A stretch of 64,000 nucleotides of DNA from Basidiobolus meristosporus CBS 931.73. Taxonomy: Eukaryota; Fungi; Basidiobolomycota. Positions 40,594-52,865 of this stretch are shown here, piece by piece. The notes beneath the pieces are model-generated. The model did no database searches, was not told where the DNA came from, and was given only the letters and a program-made list of their open reading frames with translations. Position 1 is the first letter of the stretch; each line of letters begins with the position of its first letter. The position numbers were made by a program, and so were the translations under genes. The DNA is taken from contig MCFE01000082.1 in assembly GCA_002104905.1 (NCBI GenBank), forward strand, positions 62,001-126,000. Reading direction: 5' to 3'.

Positions 40594-41953
40594 TAGTGTT
40601 GCATATATTTAGTAATGATATAATTTGTACATAGTATAGATACGTGTAGCATACATAGAGCCTTAATAAAACGCACATACTCAAATTCGACTCAGCCTTT
40701 CTTTCCGCGGCACTTAGGATGTTTGCTTATCAGCATGATCGCGTTCGAAGACCCTGCTGGATCGGTCCAATCACTTGGCATCCCGGCTACATAGTCAACC
40801 ATCTCACGAGTTGGATAATTTGAGCACAATCGATTTGCTAATGATAAGGCAAGTTTAGTGGGGGGGAGTAGTGATATGTCACCACGAGCAAATTGTACTG
40901 ATACAGCTGATCTAGAGCCTTGAAGTTGAATGGAGGTGGCTAATACTCAATCATTAGTTGGTCGTGGTATCCAGAGTGCCTATTTTTAGATGATGGGGAG
41001 ATCATGATACAAGTTTGCTATTACATGATGAATGGCAAGATAGTGTGTGTGTTTTCATTGGATGTTTCGATCAAGGCAGAGGTTGACTTCACCAATGACT
41101 TAACCATCCTTAAAGGTCAAATAGTACAATTCGGTTATATTGAACAAAGCTCGCCAAAACTGGCTGCAGCAAGTGGAGTAACAGTTAGGGAGTGCTTGAT
41201 TCCTCCAAAGCTAGCTTGTTGTGTGTAACACGTATTATGAGCTGTTTGCTCAACACGAATTAATGTTATACCATCTCTTGATATTCAGTTGATGGTTGGG
41301 GTACATCAGAGCAAAGCAGCACATATCATCCCTTTGGTAAAAAAATTCATCTGCCGTGACCCTTCTTTCGGCAATGAGATACAAAATTGGACTGGTGCAC
41401 ATGGAGAGTTGAACAAGGCAAATTTACGTTTAGTATCAGCACATGGTATCCGGATGGTTTGACTCGCATTAAACCTTACTTTTTCAGAAGGGGAATCTCA
41501 CCCCAGCATATGTTTCCATTATAAACCGAGTCTGATTATGGCGATAGGTACCCTTGCTAGTCTTAACTGGGAAAATAATTCTGCTTTGTTTGAGAGGAGA
41601 GCCTGCTGGAAGTAGTATGTTCCGCCTGATACGAAGATAGGCACCATCTGGTGAATCCGTTTTCGGACATGCCGCTTCAGGAAGTAGAGAAAGGGGGTGG
41701 AGAACCTACAAACCTATTTAGGAAGGAATGAATACTGTTGATAGTAGAGTCCAAACACGGACGAGATTGAGATCTATCTACGAATTCCCTAAACACAAGC
41801 CAAGGTTACATGATTCCGCACCATGTGCGCTCCATGAGCCATTGCTCTGATTTGAAAGTAGTCACATTTCTGATGAAAATTGAATTTTTGAATCCGGATA
41901 CTATGTGTGAGTAGAGCAGACAACTTTAGCCATACAAGCTCCGCAGCCTACCC

Positions 41954-42700
41954 ATGGATAAATATCCTCTTGATACAACCTGGAACTGTTCCTTCGGATC
42001 CGAAATTAGCGGGAATGGCGTTCAAACAATATCATCTCGAGTGTTGTGGGATTCCTTTAAGATCCGAGAATTGATATCCTTAATGTTGAAGATAGATCAC
42101 CCGGCACTGTTGATCAATCTCTGCCTGACTCTCAACGTGTACGCAATATCATATATTTGGCCAGAATGGGCCGTCCCAGGTTACTATATGCTCAAGGATT
42201 GTCTCCAGTGGTTTTTGGATGGCAAGCCTGTTTATCTGTTGCGCGACTGTGACTTTGTACTTCCAGCTTACCTTAGAGATGAGCCGCCGTTTCGATGGTT
42301 GGCTGGCTTACATGATTTTAGTTATCTTGCAACCCAATCACTAGCGGTACGGAATGTTCGTAGAAGGTATCCACGATTCCAATACAAAACCTTAGCCCTC
42401 CCCGGTCAACGTGATTCATAAATGGGAATTGAACACCTGGATGAGACCATGGTTTCGGTAAAACATCATTTGCACACAAAATAAGGCAACCAGGCGATAA
42501 TAACGTTTAGTTGCCTGTAGATCAGGAAAGGACACAACATGCTTAAAACATCCCGAATGTACTTTTGTTGATGCGCACTGTGGTTCCCAGTTGGATTTGG
42601 CGATTTGCTTACCTTATTGATTGAATATCGTGCGGCTACCTGTCTATGTTGGACGTCCACGAATCAGTTATTGAACTTTGCACATCACCAAGGTAATCAC
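41954..42700 (+). pseudogene. Possible decayed membrane protein (cAMP-receptor/Git3-like 7TM) relic
   Basis: Hydrophobic segments in shifting frames (LLINLCLTLNVYAISYI; CSRIVSSGFWMASLFICCATVTLYFQL; WLAYMILVIL). The similarity is weak and judged by eye. Confidence 0.2.
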
Positions 42701-45199
42701 TGGTTGCCACAATATCTCCTGAAGTGCTAGATTTGAGCCTGTTTAGGTTGGTATCGGGATTGTGTTAATCGTCGACTTCTGATAAGCCAAGCTCTAGCAA
42801 CTTATCTCGAGGTTTCCAAGTATACAAGTCAATCTATACAGTTTGAATAGTTGGCCCCAGAATTTTGCCTTTCAGCTATCAGAAGAAAATGAACCTATAT
42901 ATTAATTGACCGAGTGGCTTGGGCAGATGTACTCTGCTCTAGATCTAGATCTATCATTGCAAGTCCGTTGATATTGCTAATGGGCTACTGAAGAATACTT
43001 GCGACGGAACAATAACTCAATTGCTATAGTAAGCAACATATCAAACCTTCCCATACCTCGTAACTATTTTGTCAGTTGAACTTCAGAACCTAGATCAACT
43101 GCGGGTTCCAAACATCATTGAAGCATTGGAATCCAATTTTTGCTTTGTGTAGTGGTGATATTACCACGTCATATTTAGCCGTCAGTGGTTGGCATATTGC
43201 AGTTTCACACGCTTTTCTTTGAACGTAAGAAACTTACCGGCGATGGAGAGAAAGGGCAGGTAGGTAGATATAAAGGAAGTGGAACATGATGGTGAATTCG
43301 AGAAATTGTTTATTTTACTACTTTGCAAAGTATACTGCGCTACGCATACCAATTATTTGGCGGAGAATTATGCTATGCTGTTATATAGCAACTGCCGGTG
43401 AATTCGAATCTTAGGTATTGTAAATATCTACATATCCGGGACATGTACCTCAGCCAAAAATCGCTACACTAAGCATGATAATTTGAAGTCAACAGACAAA
43501 AGATTGCTAGATTCATCCACTTCATAGTGTCAATTAATTGGAGAATCTATCAAGTCATTTTTGTACATGATTAGTACTATAACCCAAGGATTTTTGTTTC
43601 GTAACAATTAACTACTTGGGCTTGGAAACATTGAATATATTCATTCAGAACCAGTGCTGTCCCAAAGATCTTGCATTGCGCTCATCAAGGACACGTCGCG
43701 CTGTCTTATAGATACCCTCTACAATGGAGTATTAAACTCTACATATTGGTGAGTCACTTGGTACTTACAATTTATATTGTGGCAAATATTGGGAAGATGC
43801 ATACAAAACTGGGAGTAGGATTCTCAAATGTGTCAACGTATCCTAATAGTACACACTGATGCACACCTCAATATACAACTCTATGGATGTATAAACATAT
43901 TTTGGTACACAAATCACTGTTTTTAAACTTTTGCATAGATAGTATTTGTTGTAATTTTCACATTGGTACCTCAAAAAATATACATTAGCTTAGTCTATGT
44001 AGCTTATTATTTCCTGACCAAATTCCCTGTCAAGACTTTGAATATATTCACCAAAACGCCAGTTACGCAGAGCATGTTATTTCCCAAAGTTGTCTAAAAG
44101 ACTCTAAACTTAGCACACAGACTCTTGGGATCTTGCTGAAGATGTAGTAGTGTAGTAGTCGCGTTTCTTAGCCTTCCTAAGCATATTTCACGTGTTTTCC
44201 AAGATCATTTAAAAGTACAAATACCACTTTCACCCAATCATTCATTGAAAGTAAACGTGGTATTTATGCATTTAGTAAGTCTTGACGAAAAGTACGGAAT
44301 ATATTTAGGCGTAAATACGAGATTTACAACATATCATACTACAAAAGATTGCTTTCATCGGGTCGAAGGAGGATGTGGACAATATTTCTTCCAAGTTATG
44401 GTAAATATTCTAAATCGGATAGATATGTACGCGTGTCAGAATGCCAACAAGAAAACAAAAGTCCAAGCTTGGAATCTCAACCAGAAGAGATTGACGGTCA
44501 ATTCAAGATCTATGAATAATTGGGTATAATACTAATAACTGGCAACAGAATGAAGCAATCCCAAATCCCTTGGGGGTGAAGGACCTTTAACGGTTAATCG
44601 ATTGCAATGGAATAATCGGGTACGATGGAATTATATGCAAAATGATCGATCTGTGAAGTATGTTATGAAGCTCGAATTTTACGATGAGTTTGGGGGAATT
44701 TTGAATACCTCAGATACTATCATTTGTATATTACCGCAATATTGTATAGTCATCAAATACAGATAACGTGGGTTTCCTGACGATGCATTCAATATAGAAA
44801 GCAACATAAGGATCCTATGGCGTTAACCTGTCAATTATCATCCAGTCTCTCATATTGAAGTTACAGTAGAAGAGTGATCCTGCTGCTGCACTAATGCAAG
44901 AATGCTCGTAGACTACCGAATTGGACCAGCTATGCTGAGGCCTGTAAAACTTGGTTGAGCCCAGGTATTTTATTGACAGATTTAACATTTGTCGCACGTG
45001 ACATTCATGTGAAGAGTACGAGGAGCGAGGAAAAGAGATCAAGGAGGGGGAAGGGGAGGGGAGAAGGATCAAGCCCTATTTGGGGGGAGGCAGGTAGCCA
45101 CAACAGAAGTAGAAGATATCCCGATTATTGTTCAAAAAATTCATATATAATTACAATGGGAAATAGCAAGAGAGAAAAGTATGCATTGTGCAACAAACC

Positions 45200-47597
45200 C
45201 TACAAATGGTCCCAATTGGGATCATCAATCGCGTGAATCGTTCCAGTCGGTGTAGAGTTCGTGCTTAGCTTGGCCGGTATCCTAGGGCTACGGCTTACTT
45301 TTCCAAACAGTGCGTTCCTTAACGCCCTTCTTGCAAAGACTGTCAACCCCAACCCTGCCCAATCTTCGTCGTGAAGTTCGCGTAGATCCCCCACGGTCAT
45401 GATATCTTGATCTTGAAGTTTGGCTAGCCAGTCATTGGCCTTGTCCATTGGGCGGTTAGTTGCAATGGCGACGTCTCGTACGATATCCTCCACTGGGCAC
45501 TCATCGGAATAATCTAAATTTCAATAGGTTAGCAAGTAGATATAAACGACCAAACTCAAGCCGGAATGTTACCCCGAACTGAGAGCGCATCCTCGTATTC
45601 GGATTTCCATTCATGAATCGACGATACTCGAGACAAGTTTTCGGAAGGGATGTCCATAGCTAGCGATGGCCCTTCCGCATCGGGCGCATGAGAGCCCAAC
45701 GCTGGAACAGTGTGGGAATGAAGGCTTTCAAGGCTCTCAGCTGTGGATGGCCTGTTCTCAACAGGAGCTGATGGCTTCTTTTCACCGGTGAACAACTTCA
45801 AGGCGTTAGCTAGGAAACTCCTTCCTGTCTGCGTTAACGATTTGGTATGTTGATTCTCCAGGGTTTGCTGTTCCGAATCATGCAGGAGATTATCAACACC
45901 CGTAAGGTTCACCGATCGCTCCTCAGCCGCTCTGGCTCGTTTTTCCGAAAGTTCCGCCTTCTTTTCGGCTTCCACGGCACGCTCGTTAGCTCTGGCAAGC
46001 TCCCTTTTGGCGAGATCCAGCTCCGAAAAGATACCATTTCCACCATTACCCAAGCCTTGATCATCATCCGACTTAGCTTTACTGAGCTCTTTCAGAATTC
46101 GGTTAATCTCGAATGTGATCAAATGCTGGTATCTTTGTGGCAGGACATCTTCCTCAATCTAGGAGTGCGTGTTTAGATCAGTTCTTGAATAGACTCGAGC
46201 CGGGAAAAGTCTTACCATTTCTCTGACGACCTCCTCTGCGGTGTCCGAGTCGATATTGAAATCGAACTTCACCGAGATACGGTCGGTTCCTTTGAATACC
46301 ACCTGTAAAGTGAGCTGTGTCTTGGTTTCGTCTGAAGTTAGCAAGACGATTTCCGGATCGGCCGCGAGAAAAGGGTGATTCAGAATCTCTTGCGCAGTAT
46401 ATCTATAACCAAGAGTCAGTCAACTGAGCCAGGCAATAGTATACGTATCACAAACCTATCGTTTTCATCGGACAAGCAATTCTGGATCAACGCCAGGACT
46501 TCGGGGTCTTGGACCTTCGCAAGACAAGCAGGCTTGATCCCTTGGGAAACTTTTTTGAACACTTGGGCAGCGTTCTTGCACTCGTTGTACGGATACTCGC
46601 CGGTCATCATTTCAAGTAGACACATACCAAATGCGTAGATGTCCACCTTCTCGCTGTACCCCTTCTCTTCGTACATCTCTGGTGCCATGAACTCGGGAGT
46701 TCCTAATAATCGGCGGTTTAGGAGGCGTTCAAGCATAAAGATAGAAGCTGCTTACCAATGACCGTGTACTTCTTTCCCAGTTTCATTTTGGCGGTGCCCA
46801 TATCGCCAATTTTCACCTCCCCTTGGGCCCCGTTGATGAAGATATTATCACATTTGATATCTCGGTGGATGATCGGTGGGTCGTGGTTGTGAAGGTAGGA
46901 AAGCCCCTTGAGAATCTGCCGAGACCAGCGCTTGACAATTTTAATGTTCGGCAAGTCAAGCTTTTGAATGTACCTAGTAAGTGAAAGATCAGTGATTGAG
47001 CGAGAAGTCTTGCTGGTCAACGCGGACTTACTCGCGTAGAGTGCCGGAAGTCATCAGTTCGGTAATGAACACGAATTCCGGATTCCTGTACCAAGCGTCG
47101 TGAAAGGCAATGATGTTAGGGTGTCTCACACTCTTCAGAATCTCGATTTCCTGGCTAAGGTCTAAATATTCGGATTTGGAGGTCTTTGGTGGAGGAGTTA
47201 GGAGACATTAACTGCGAACAACACATCCCCCGAAAGCATTTACCTGAAAGCAATTCCAGGCCACCTCAAGACCTTCCTCTCGATCAATAGCTTTATACAC
47301 CACCTTGTACGCCCCTTTGCCTAATATCGTATTCAGCTGAGTCCGGAGGAGAAATGGGGTGGAAGGTGAAGAAACTATGAGAAACGGCAAGAAGTTTCAA
47401 GAGAAAAGTGTAGATAGAACCTTGGCAAAACGGCCCTTGGGGCCGATCTCGATGATCTTCTCCGCGCCATCGTTGGTACGATCAATAGTTGGTAAGTCAC
47501 TCTCCGATTCGGGAATCCCTTGGTGTGGGTTCGGCCTTTTCGTTTCAGAATCGCTGCCGCTTCCTGAATCTATACTCCGAGCAGACGCACTTGACAT
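45200..47597 (-). CDS. WNK: WNK (With No lysine [K]) kinase with a CCT/autoinhibitory-like domain, coiled coil and C-terminal SAM-like domain; ~8 exons
   Basis: [12 protein letters not shown] (Lys in the glycine-rich loop, 47304-47306), EVAWN (no beta-3 Lys), [92 protein letters not shown]. Confidence 0.93.
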
Positions 47598-48329
47598 GGT
47601 GGAGGTAACACCGGACACTTGCTCCCTGGTAAACTGGGACGGGCTCTTTGCGGGTAAGAAATGGGGGAGAGTCGTAAAGGATACTAGATTCTTGTTGAAG
47701 AACTGAGTGGCTACCTGATATTTTAACGCTAATGGAATGAATACCGAAGGAAATCGTTGGATCCTAGAAGTAACCGATTGGTGACCAAAACACAACTCCA
47801 CTCAGTCGTTGCTCCTTAGCGTGGCCTCGTGCGCTGGAGGGTAAGAAAATGTGGATGAGATCACGTGTACAAGGAAAGGTAACATTTTCAGGACCGATTT
47901 TTTATCGAAATTCCAAACAAATCCTTCACCCAAAGGTGGTTAATATTATACCAAATCGAAGATCACCAGGATAGATGGCGGTGAGATAGGTAATGGAATC
48001 AATGAATGGTATCAGCGAATCGAAGGTAAATCGAGACGACACCTAGAAGCCCAGAATATCTCTCTAGGAACGGAGGGCGCGATGGTGGTTGCGATTCCAT
48101 ACATGGATCGGTGTGGTGGCACATCGGATCGATTACACAGGTTAGCATACATGGCTTGCTGTGGGTTAAACCTATGTTGGGGCCAATATTTATGTGCAAT
48201 AAAATAAGAAGTATATTTATTTTTTGATCCTGGCCCTGTCATCATTCCCGAAATCCCCTCTGATGGAGCAGAGAGATCTCCGGTGGAACCTATTTGAAGG
48301 GATGATACATGAAGGTTGTTTGTTGGAGC

Positions 48330-49867
48330 TCACTTTTTCTCAAACATTTCTTGAAACACCGAACCAATTTCATCTATTAAATCCGAGGTTTGCATAGATC
48401 GCTTAGTACGGCTGAATGCTTTGTTGGAGCAGCACCTTACTGCCAGGCAACCAGCGTAGCCAGCAATCGGCACGATGTCAGAGAAGGGAATGCTGGATGA
48501 ATGTCTAGTGAGAAAATATGTTAGGTCCATTGCATTGAACTGGTCGATGCGACAAACCGTACTAACTTCCAAACATGGTTCTCATATCCAATTCCAAAGG
48601 CTAGGAAGGTGGCAATAGCTCCAGAGAGCACGTCTCCCTGCCCGCCACATCGCTTCAAACCTCCTTCCGCATCGCAGGTGTATACTAGCACAAAAATCAG
48701 CCTATGCCCTAGGTGAGGTAAGGTGCGGCAAATCCAGACAACCCACCAATTTTGTCGTTGGCGATGATGTCCTCGCCTCCTTTTTGGACCACAGTGACGC
48801 CACCAAATGCCTTACTAAGCTGCAAAGCCATGCCACCCTTATTCTCCGACAAGTCTTCAATCCCCTACCCAAACCAAGTCAGCCATAGAGAATTGCAGCT
48901 GGAATCGTTTTGTACGAACCATCTTATCACAGAGGCGTTTGAACTCCACTACATTGGGGGTGATAATCGCCTTTCGATACCCTTTGATAGTCTCGGGGCA
49001 TTTTTGAATAAGGTAGAGGCCATCCTGGTGCGTAGGGGTTAAATACATGTGCTCGTGGCTAGTCAGCATACAGTCTACGTACCGCATCAATCACAATGGG
49101 GATCTCCTTTTCTCGTGCCACTTGGATCAACTTGGCGGTTATCCCCAGTAAACGAGAATCTCTAGATAATCCAGGCCCAAACACAAGCACGTGCAGACGA
49201 GGGAATAGCGAAGTTACTTGTTCAACAATCTTATCCTCGGTCAGTTCCGGATCGTCTCTAGATTTCTAAATTTAGCATCCACCGACTCGTCGGGATGAAA
49301 AATGCCTCTCTTACCCGCCCTTACGGAGATATGGGTGAACAATCAAATCTGGTGGAGCACTACGTTAACAGAACAACTGGGAATGGATAGCATGAAAATT
49401 ACCTGCCTGGGGAATAACTCTAGCAAAATGTAAGCCGAGTTGGTACATGTCCACCGACCTTACGGATAAAATATGAAAACCAACCTTTATCACCACACCA
49501 GCCCCCAGCTCGCATATTACGTGGGCAAGATCGGCGCCCTATGTGTATATGTTAGCCTTGATCGCAGCGTCGCGGTGTGTAACTACGTCTTACGAATTTT
49601 AACGAAGAGATCGCACTAAAATATGGAGCTCCAGTATAGCTAAGGATGAAAGTGGGTTTGTAAGGTTTTAAGGTGTAGTCTACGCTGTGAGGACATACTC
49701 TTCAGAGCCACCGATAACACCTACTCTACCTATGTTCTAGTTTTAGGACACACTCCTGTATAAACCACTGCAGGAGGACGCTTACCTGATTGGCCTTTGT
49801 GTAGAGTAGAGGAAAGTGGCGGAATAAACTCCTGTATATCCTTGAGAGAAGGTTGTTGGGGTGACAT
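48330..49867 (-). CDS. NAXD: ATP-dependent (S)-NAD(P)H-hydrate dehydratase (NAXD/CARKD/Nnr2); many short exons
   Basis: [14 protein letters not shown]|[10 protein letters not shown]|[65 protein letters not shown]. Confidence 0.92.
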
Positions 49868-51070
49868 TTTGTCTCTTGTTCTATCGTTCCTGTCTTGTTG
49901 GTATTAATGTTATGTAGAGATTGCGCAAAGAGGATGTGTTCCCATTCAACTTTTCAACTTAGGTCCCGTAACACTCAAGCTATAGCTTATATGGTTTGCA
50001 GATAGTGACGTCAAAGTGAGCTACATTATTTCCTATCCAAACCCAAGCAACGTCACGATGGCTTGCAAGGTGTATGGTTACTCATTATTGATGACTAGGC
50101 TAGCGGGGTAATTCTGAGGCAATGTTATATTCATCAGTGAATACAAGAGTGAAAACTAGGATCTATTGCCTCAATTGCCTTTGCTGTGTTCTTTCATCAA
50201 TGCAGATATGGTCGTGAAATCCCTCCACCGGTGACATCACAATGTATTTGCCAACGGAATGAAACTACTTCTGTCACGACCGTACTATACACTCAGTTGG
50301 CAATTTTTCCAGGGAAACAACAGGCCCATATGCACTACTGGATAGGTGAGAGAGATGAATGGAGCACCTGGATTGTTGGTCACCCACTCATCTAAGCAGC
50401 ATCAATCCTCCTATAGCAGTCTCTCCACAACTAGCTTGATGCTTAAAGCTACTCAAGTATAGGGCCTGTTGACTCTTTGGTTGCTGAAAGAAACACAGGT
50501 CAAGTTATATGAGTGTTTCGTTAGAGCACCAGGGCCCACGAAAGAGCATACATCCAACCAACAAACAATCCTCCTACTTGCGAGATAGAGAAACCTTGTT
50601 TGAAAATTAAGGGTACACTTACCCTGAATAGTGGGACATTCTTTGATAAATGGGGATATGGTGCTGCTATCACCACGTTTCTAGGGCTGTCGGGAAATAC
50701 AAATCATAAAGCAATAGGCATCAAATGCATGATGAGGGATGAGGTATGAAATGGCCATCATGGTTATCTCTGGACGATCTCTATCCACAGTCGCTAGCTA
50801 GTATAAAGTGCATCATCAACTTGAGCAGGTGGAAAACACCAACAAGCATTTATGTGGCCCTTGTTTATCCATGTTGCCGCATGCATAGTTGGTAATAATG
50901 GGGTACAGCAATGGATACTGGTTGGAACTACAATACATCAGCAAGCATGGCTAGCCGTGGGGTAGAGTGCAGATCAAACATGTTTCTATGTGTCTAATTT
51001 CGTATGTTTGTTAGAGAAGTCAAAGGAGCTACGCAGAAATGGCTCATTTTAGAGTAGAGCCTCGCCTGGT

Positions 51071-51076
51071 TATAAA
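51071..51076 (+). promoter_or_regulatory. TATA box candidate for the Trp-rich secreted protein gene
   Basis: TATAAA about 55 nt upstream of the ATG at 51128. Confidence 0.4.
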
Positions 51077-51127
51077 TTAAGTGCGTGTCGAATCCCCAGT
51101 TCTGAAGACTCTATCCATTATACTACT

Positions 51128-51751
51128 ATGATCACACCTACCCTCTTTTCCTTAGTCGCTATTTGTGAACTGTTGAATGTAAGTGCACTCACTGTTCCTA
51201 GCAGGGTGTACTCAGAATATGAAATTGAACCAACCTGGTCTACTACTTGGACCAACAAACCAAGCAAAACCCCCGGATGGACCACTACGTGGACCTCGGC
51301 AAGGCCAGCTCGCACCAAATCATGGTCCAGAACCTGGGACAACACAGCACCAACCGAAATAGCTGAAGATCACCCCGGAGGATTACACACTTTTTGGACC
51401 AGCTCATGGACATCATCCTGGACATCAGCACCGGAGCCCTCCATCTGGAATGCCAATAGCCGCCACTCCTGGGCGTATAGCCCGGCACCCCTCTCGGACT
51501 CCCCAGTTGCCTGGACCTCATCTTGGAGCTATCATACAGAATCGACCACAAGCTGGACCACTTCATCCAGTGCAGCAGCTCCCACCTCTGGAGATGTAGG
51601 CTCCGATATGGAAGTAGGACCCAACCCTCAGCCAGAACTCGCATGCTCGTATTCCACCAAGCCCACATCTTGGACAACCACCAACCAACCAACTTCCTGG
51701 TATGTAAGCTACCCCCCAACTCCCGGTCCAACTTACGAGTACCGCTCGTGA
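51128..51751 (+). CDS. Putative secreted Trp/Thr/Ser/Pro-rich protein with repeated WxxxW motifs (207 aa to the first TGA)
   Basis: Signal-peptide-like MITPTLFSLVAICELLNVSA; 16 Trp, mostly as WSTTW, WTTTW, WSRTW, WTSSWTSSW and WTSSW; TATA box upstream. Confidence 0.65.
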   Translation: MITPTLFSLVAICELLNVSALTVPSRVYSEYEIEPTWSTTWTNKPSKTPGWTTTWTSARPARTKSWSRTWDNTAPTEIAEDHPGGLHTFWTSSWTSSWTSAPEPSIWNANSRHSWAYSPAPLSDSPVAWTSSWSYHTESTTSWTTSSSAAAPTSGDVGSDMEVGPNPQPELACSYSTKPTSWTTTNQPTSWYVSYPPTPGPTYEYRS

Positions 51752-52105
51752 AATGCCAATCCCAGTAGCCCACTGTATATCACATGATGCTCCGTATGGA
51801 GCTCCTACTCCATTTATACATCTATCTTTAAAAAAGAGCTATCCAAGGATTTTTATTGCAATTACCGTGAATCCGAAATCTTATATATTTATCCCAGAAT
51901 CAGATAGCATACCCACCAGCCAGACCACGGCCGAAGCACTCGGCATTGAATGAATCCAATAAAAAAGATTTTCACATCACGTGAAAAGGGCCCCTGGAAT
52001 CCCCGAGGGATGCCTCAAAACCCCGTATTGCGCGGACCATCATTCTTCCTTTCTTTCTCTATCACCGTAAAGCTTCGTCTTTCGTTGCCTTCGTAACTTT
52101 AAACA

Positions 52106-52366
52106 ATGGAAAACGATCAAGGTGTTCTCGTTGACTTGTACGTCCCCCGTAAGTGCTCCGCTACCGGACGCCTCATTCCTGCCAAGGATCACGCTTCCGT
52201 CCAAATCAACATTGGTGAAGTTGACGCTGAAGGCCGTTACACCGGTTCTTTCCAAACCTATGCTTTCTCCGGATTCGTTCGCAAGCTCGGAGAGTCCGAC
52301 GACTCTCTCAACCGCCTTGCCACCAAGGACGGTTTCTTGAAGAACGTCTGGTCTTACCAAAAGTAA
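52106..52366 (+). CDS. RPS21: 40S ribosomal protein S21 (eS21), single exon
   Basis: [36 protein letters not shown]...[11 protein letters not shown]. Confidence 0.98.
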   Translation: MENDQGVLVDLYVPRKCSATGRLIPAKDHASVQINIGEVDAEGRYTGSFQTYAFSGFVRKLGESDDSLNRLATKDGFLKNVWSYQK

Positions 52367-52865
52367 ATTGATCTTGTGTCAATTCGCAAGATAGTCATCC
52401 TCCATCAATTTAATAAACTGGTGTTGCTTTGAAGACGAATCCCCTCAGTTGCAATTGTAATTTGATGGATGGCTGGATGCTGGGTAGGATATCGATCCGG
52501 GGGGTTTTTTCGCAACCCACCCATATCTAATGTATGAGTTATAGCCGTTGAAAGGACTGTATATATAATACGGTATACAATGGGACACTGGAATCGTGGT
52601 ACTTATATTAGCCAAGGTGGAATTACATGATATCTAAGATGCATTTATTATTTGGACAAGTCAAAATTAAGTGAATATACAGGTTATCAATGGGAATTTG
52701 GAATTAAAGGGTGAACTACTAAATGTTCGTCGGCAAAACAGAATGAATTATACAAAAAATTAGTAATAAATATTGACCTGGTAGGATTGTGTGGCGCAGG
52801 TGGGTGTGGTGTGTGCTGGTTAATCACATCAAGAATATTATCCAGTAACATTCAAAGGATCCGAA

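Noticed and set aside
51118-51773. Minus-strand ORFs of 75 and 162 aa overlapping the Trp-rich gene
   Set aside because: The plus strand has the signal peptide, TATA box and coherent motif pattern; these are shadows
51749-51787. Genome-wide TGA=Trp genetic code
   Set aside because: Other genes end in TGA and conserved Trp residues in the window use TGG, so any effect is local
51960-52040. GC-rich stretch upstream of RPS21 as a possible tRNA or hairpin RNA
   Set aside because: No cloverleaf, no T-loop GTTCRA and no A/B boxes; more likely promoter sequence
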